Assembly: GCF_006345805.1 (NCBI RefSeq) | Contig: NW_021834246.1 | Span: 1-49,154, forward strand | Source: Octopus sinensis | Lineage: Eukaryota | Length of the DNA stretch: 49,154 bases | Reading direction: 5' to 3' | Part shown: positions 48,922 to 49,154 of the stretch, piece after piece | Layout: each line of letters begins with the position of its first letter | Numbering within the stretch: the first letter of the stretch is position 1 | Notes under the pieces: generated by a model | Seen by the model: the letters and a program-made list of their open reading frames with translations, nothing else | Database searches by the model: none | Told to the model about the DNA's origin: nothing | Position numbers and translations under genes: made by a program

Positions 48922-49122
48922 CAAATTTAAAGTTGATCTTTGAGCTTCACTGGTGTTTTCCATGAAAGTGCAAATGGATGTTAGGAGGAGAACTCCTCTA
49001 ACAACATTTGTCTCATTTAATGCCTCCTTAAGCAAGGTACATAACTCCTTATACCATTTGCTTGTTTGGCTTCTGCTTATAAGTCTTTTGATACTGACTG
49101 GTCTGAACTCATCCTGGTGCAA
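48922..49122 (-). CDS. Possible exon of an unidentified gene on the opposite strand
   Basis: Acceptor-like 'ttttgtatag' precedes an open, protein-like frame LHQDEFRPVSIKRLISRSQTSKWYKELCTLLKEAL...; no family recognised; donor uncertain. Confidence 0.25.
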
Positions 49123-49154
49123 CTATACAAAACCTAATTTTTAAAAGTTTTCAT

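Overview
Eukaryotic, repeat-rich genomic DNA; the repeat families and divergent GC-rich rDNA suggest a cephalopod such as Octopus (inference). 1-3706 is an AT-rich mosaic tandem repeat. It leads into a single decayed, rearranged rDNA unit: ETS, 18S with deletions and a duplication, no recognisable 5.8S, and a 28S split by an inversion that stops 3 nt short of the R2 retrotransposon target site. A full-length but frameshifted Tx1/L1-clade LINE (9239-14457, 17-bp TSD) sits inside a host with ~109-bp inverted repeats and a hammerhead ribozyme motif. From 16.5 kb onward there are five + strand exons of a Golgi alpha-mannosidase II (GH38) gene, and the segment expected to carry the acid/base catalytic motif is not visible. 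Its introns hold many RTE-clade LINE copies with a PHD finger inside the RT, a CR1 3' fragment, Tc1/mariner/maT remnants, tRNA-derived SINEs, a non-autonomous Helitron and (TA)n tracts. Several unrelated small fold-back elements carry Penelope-type minimal hammerhead ribozyme cores. All calls come from reading the sequence by eye; repeat boundaries are approximate.
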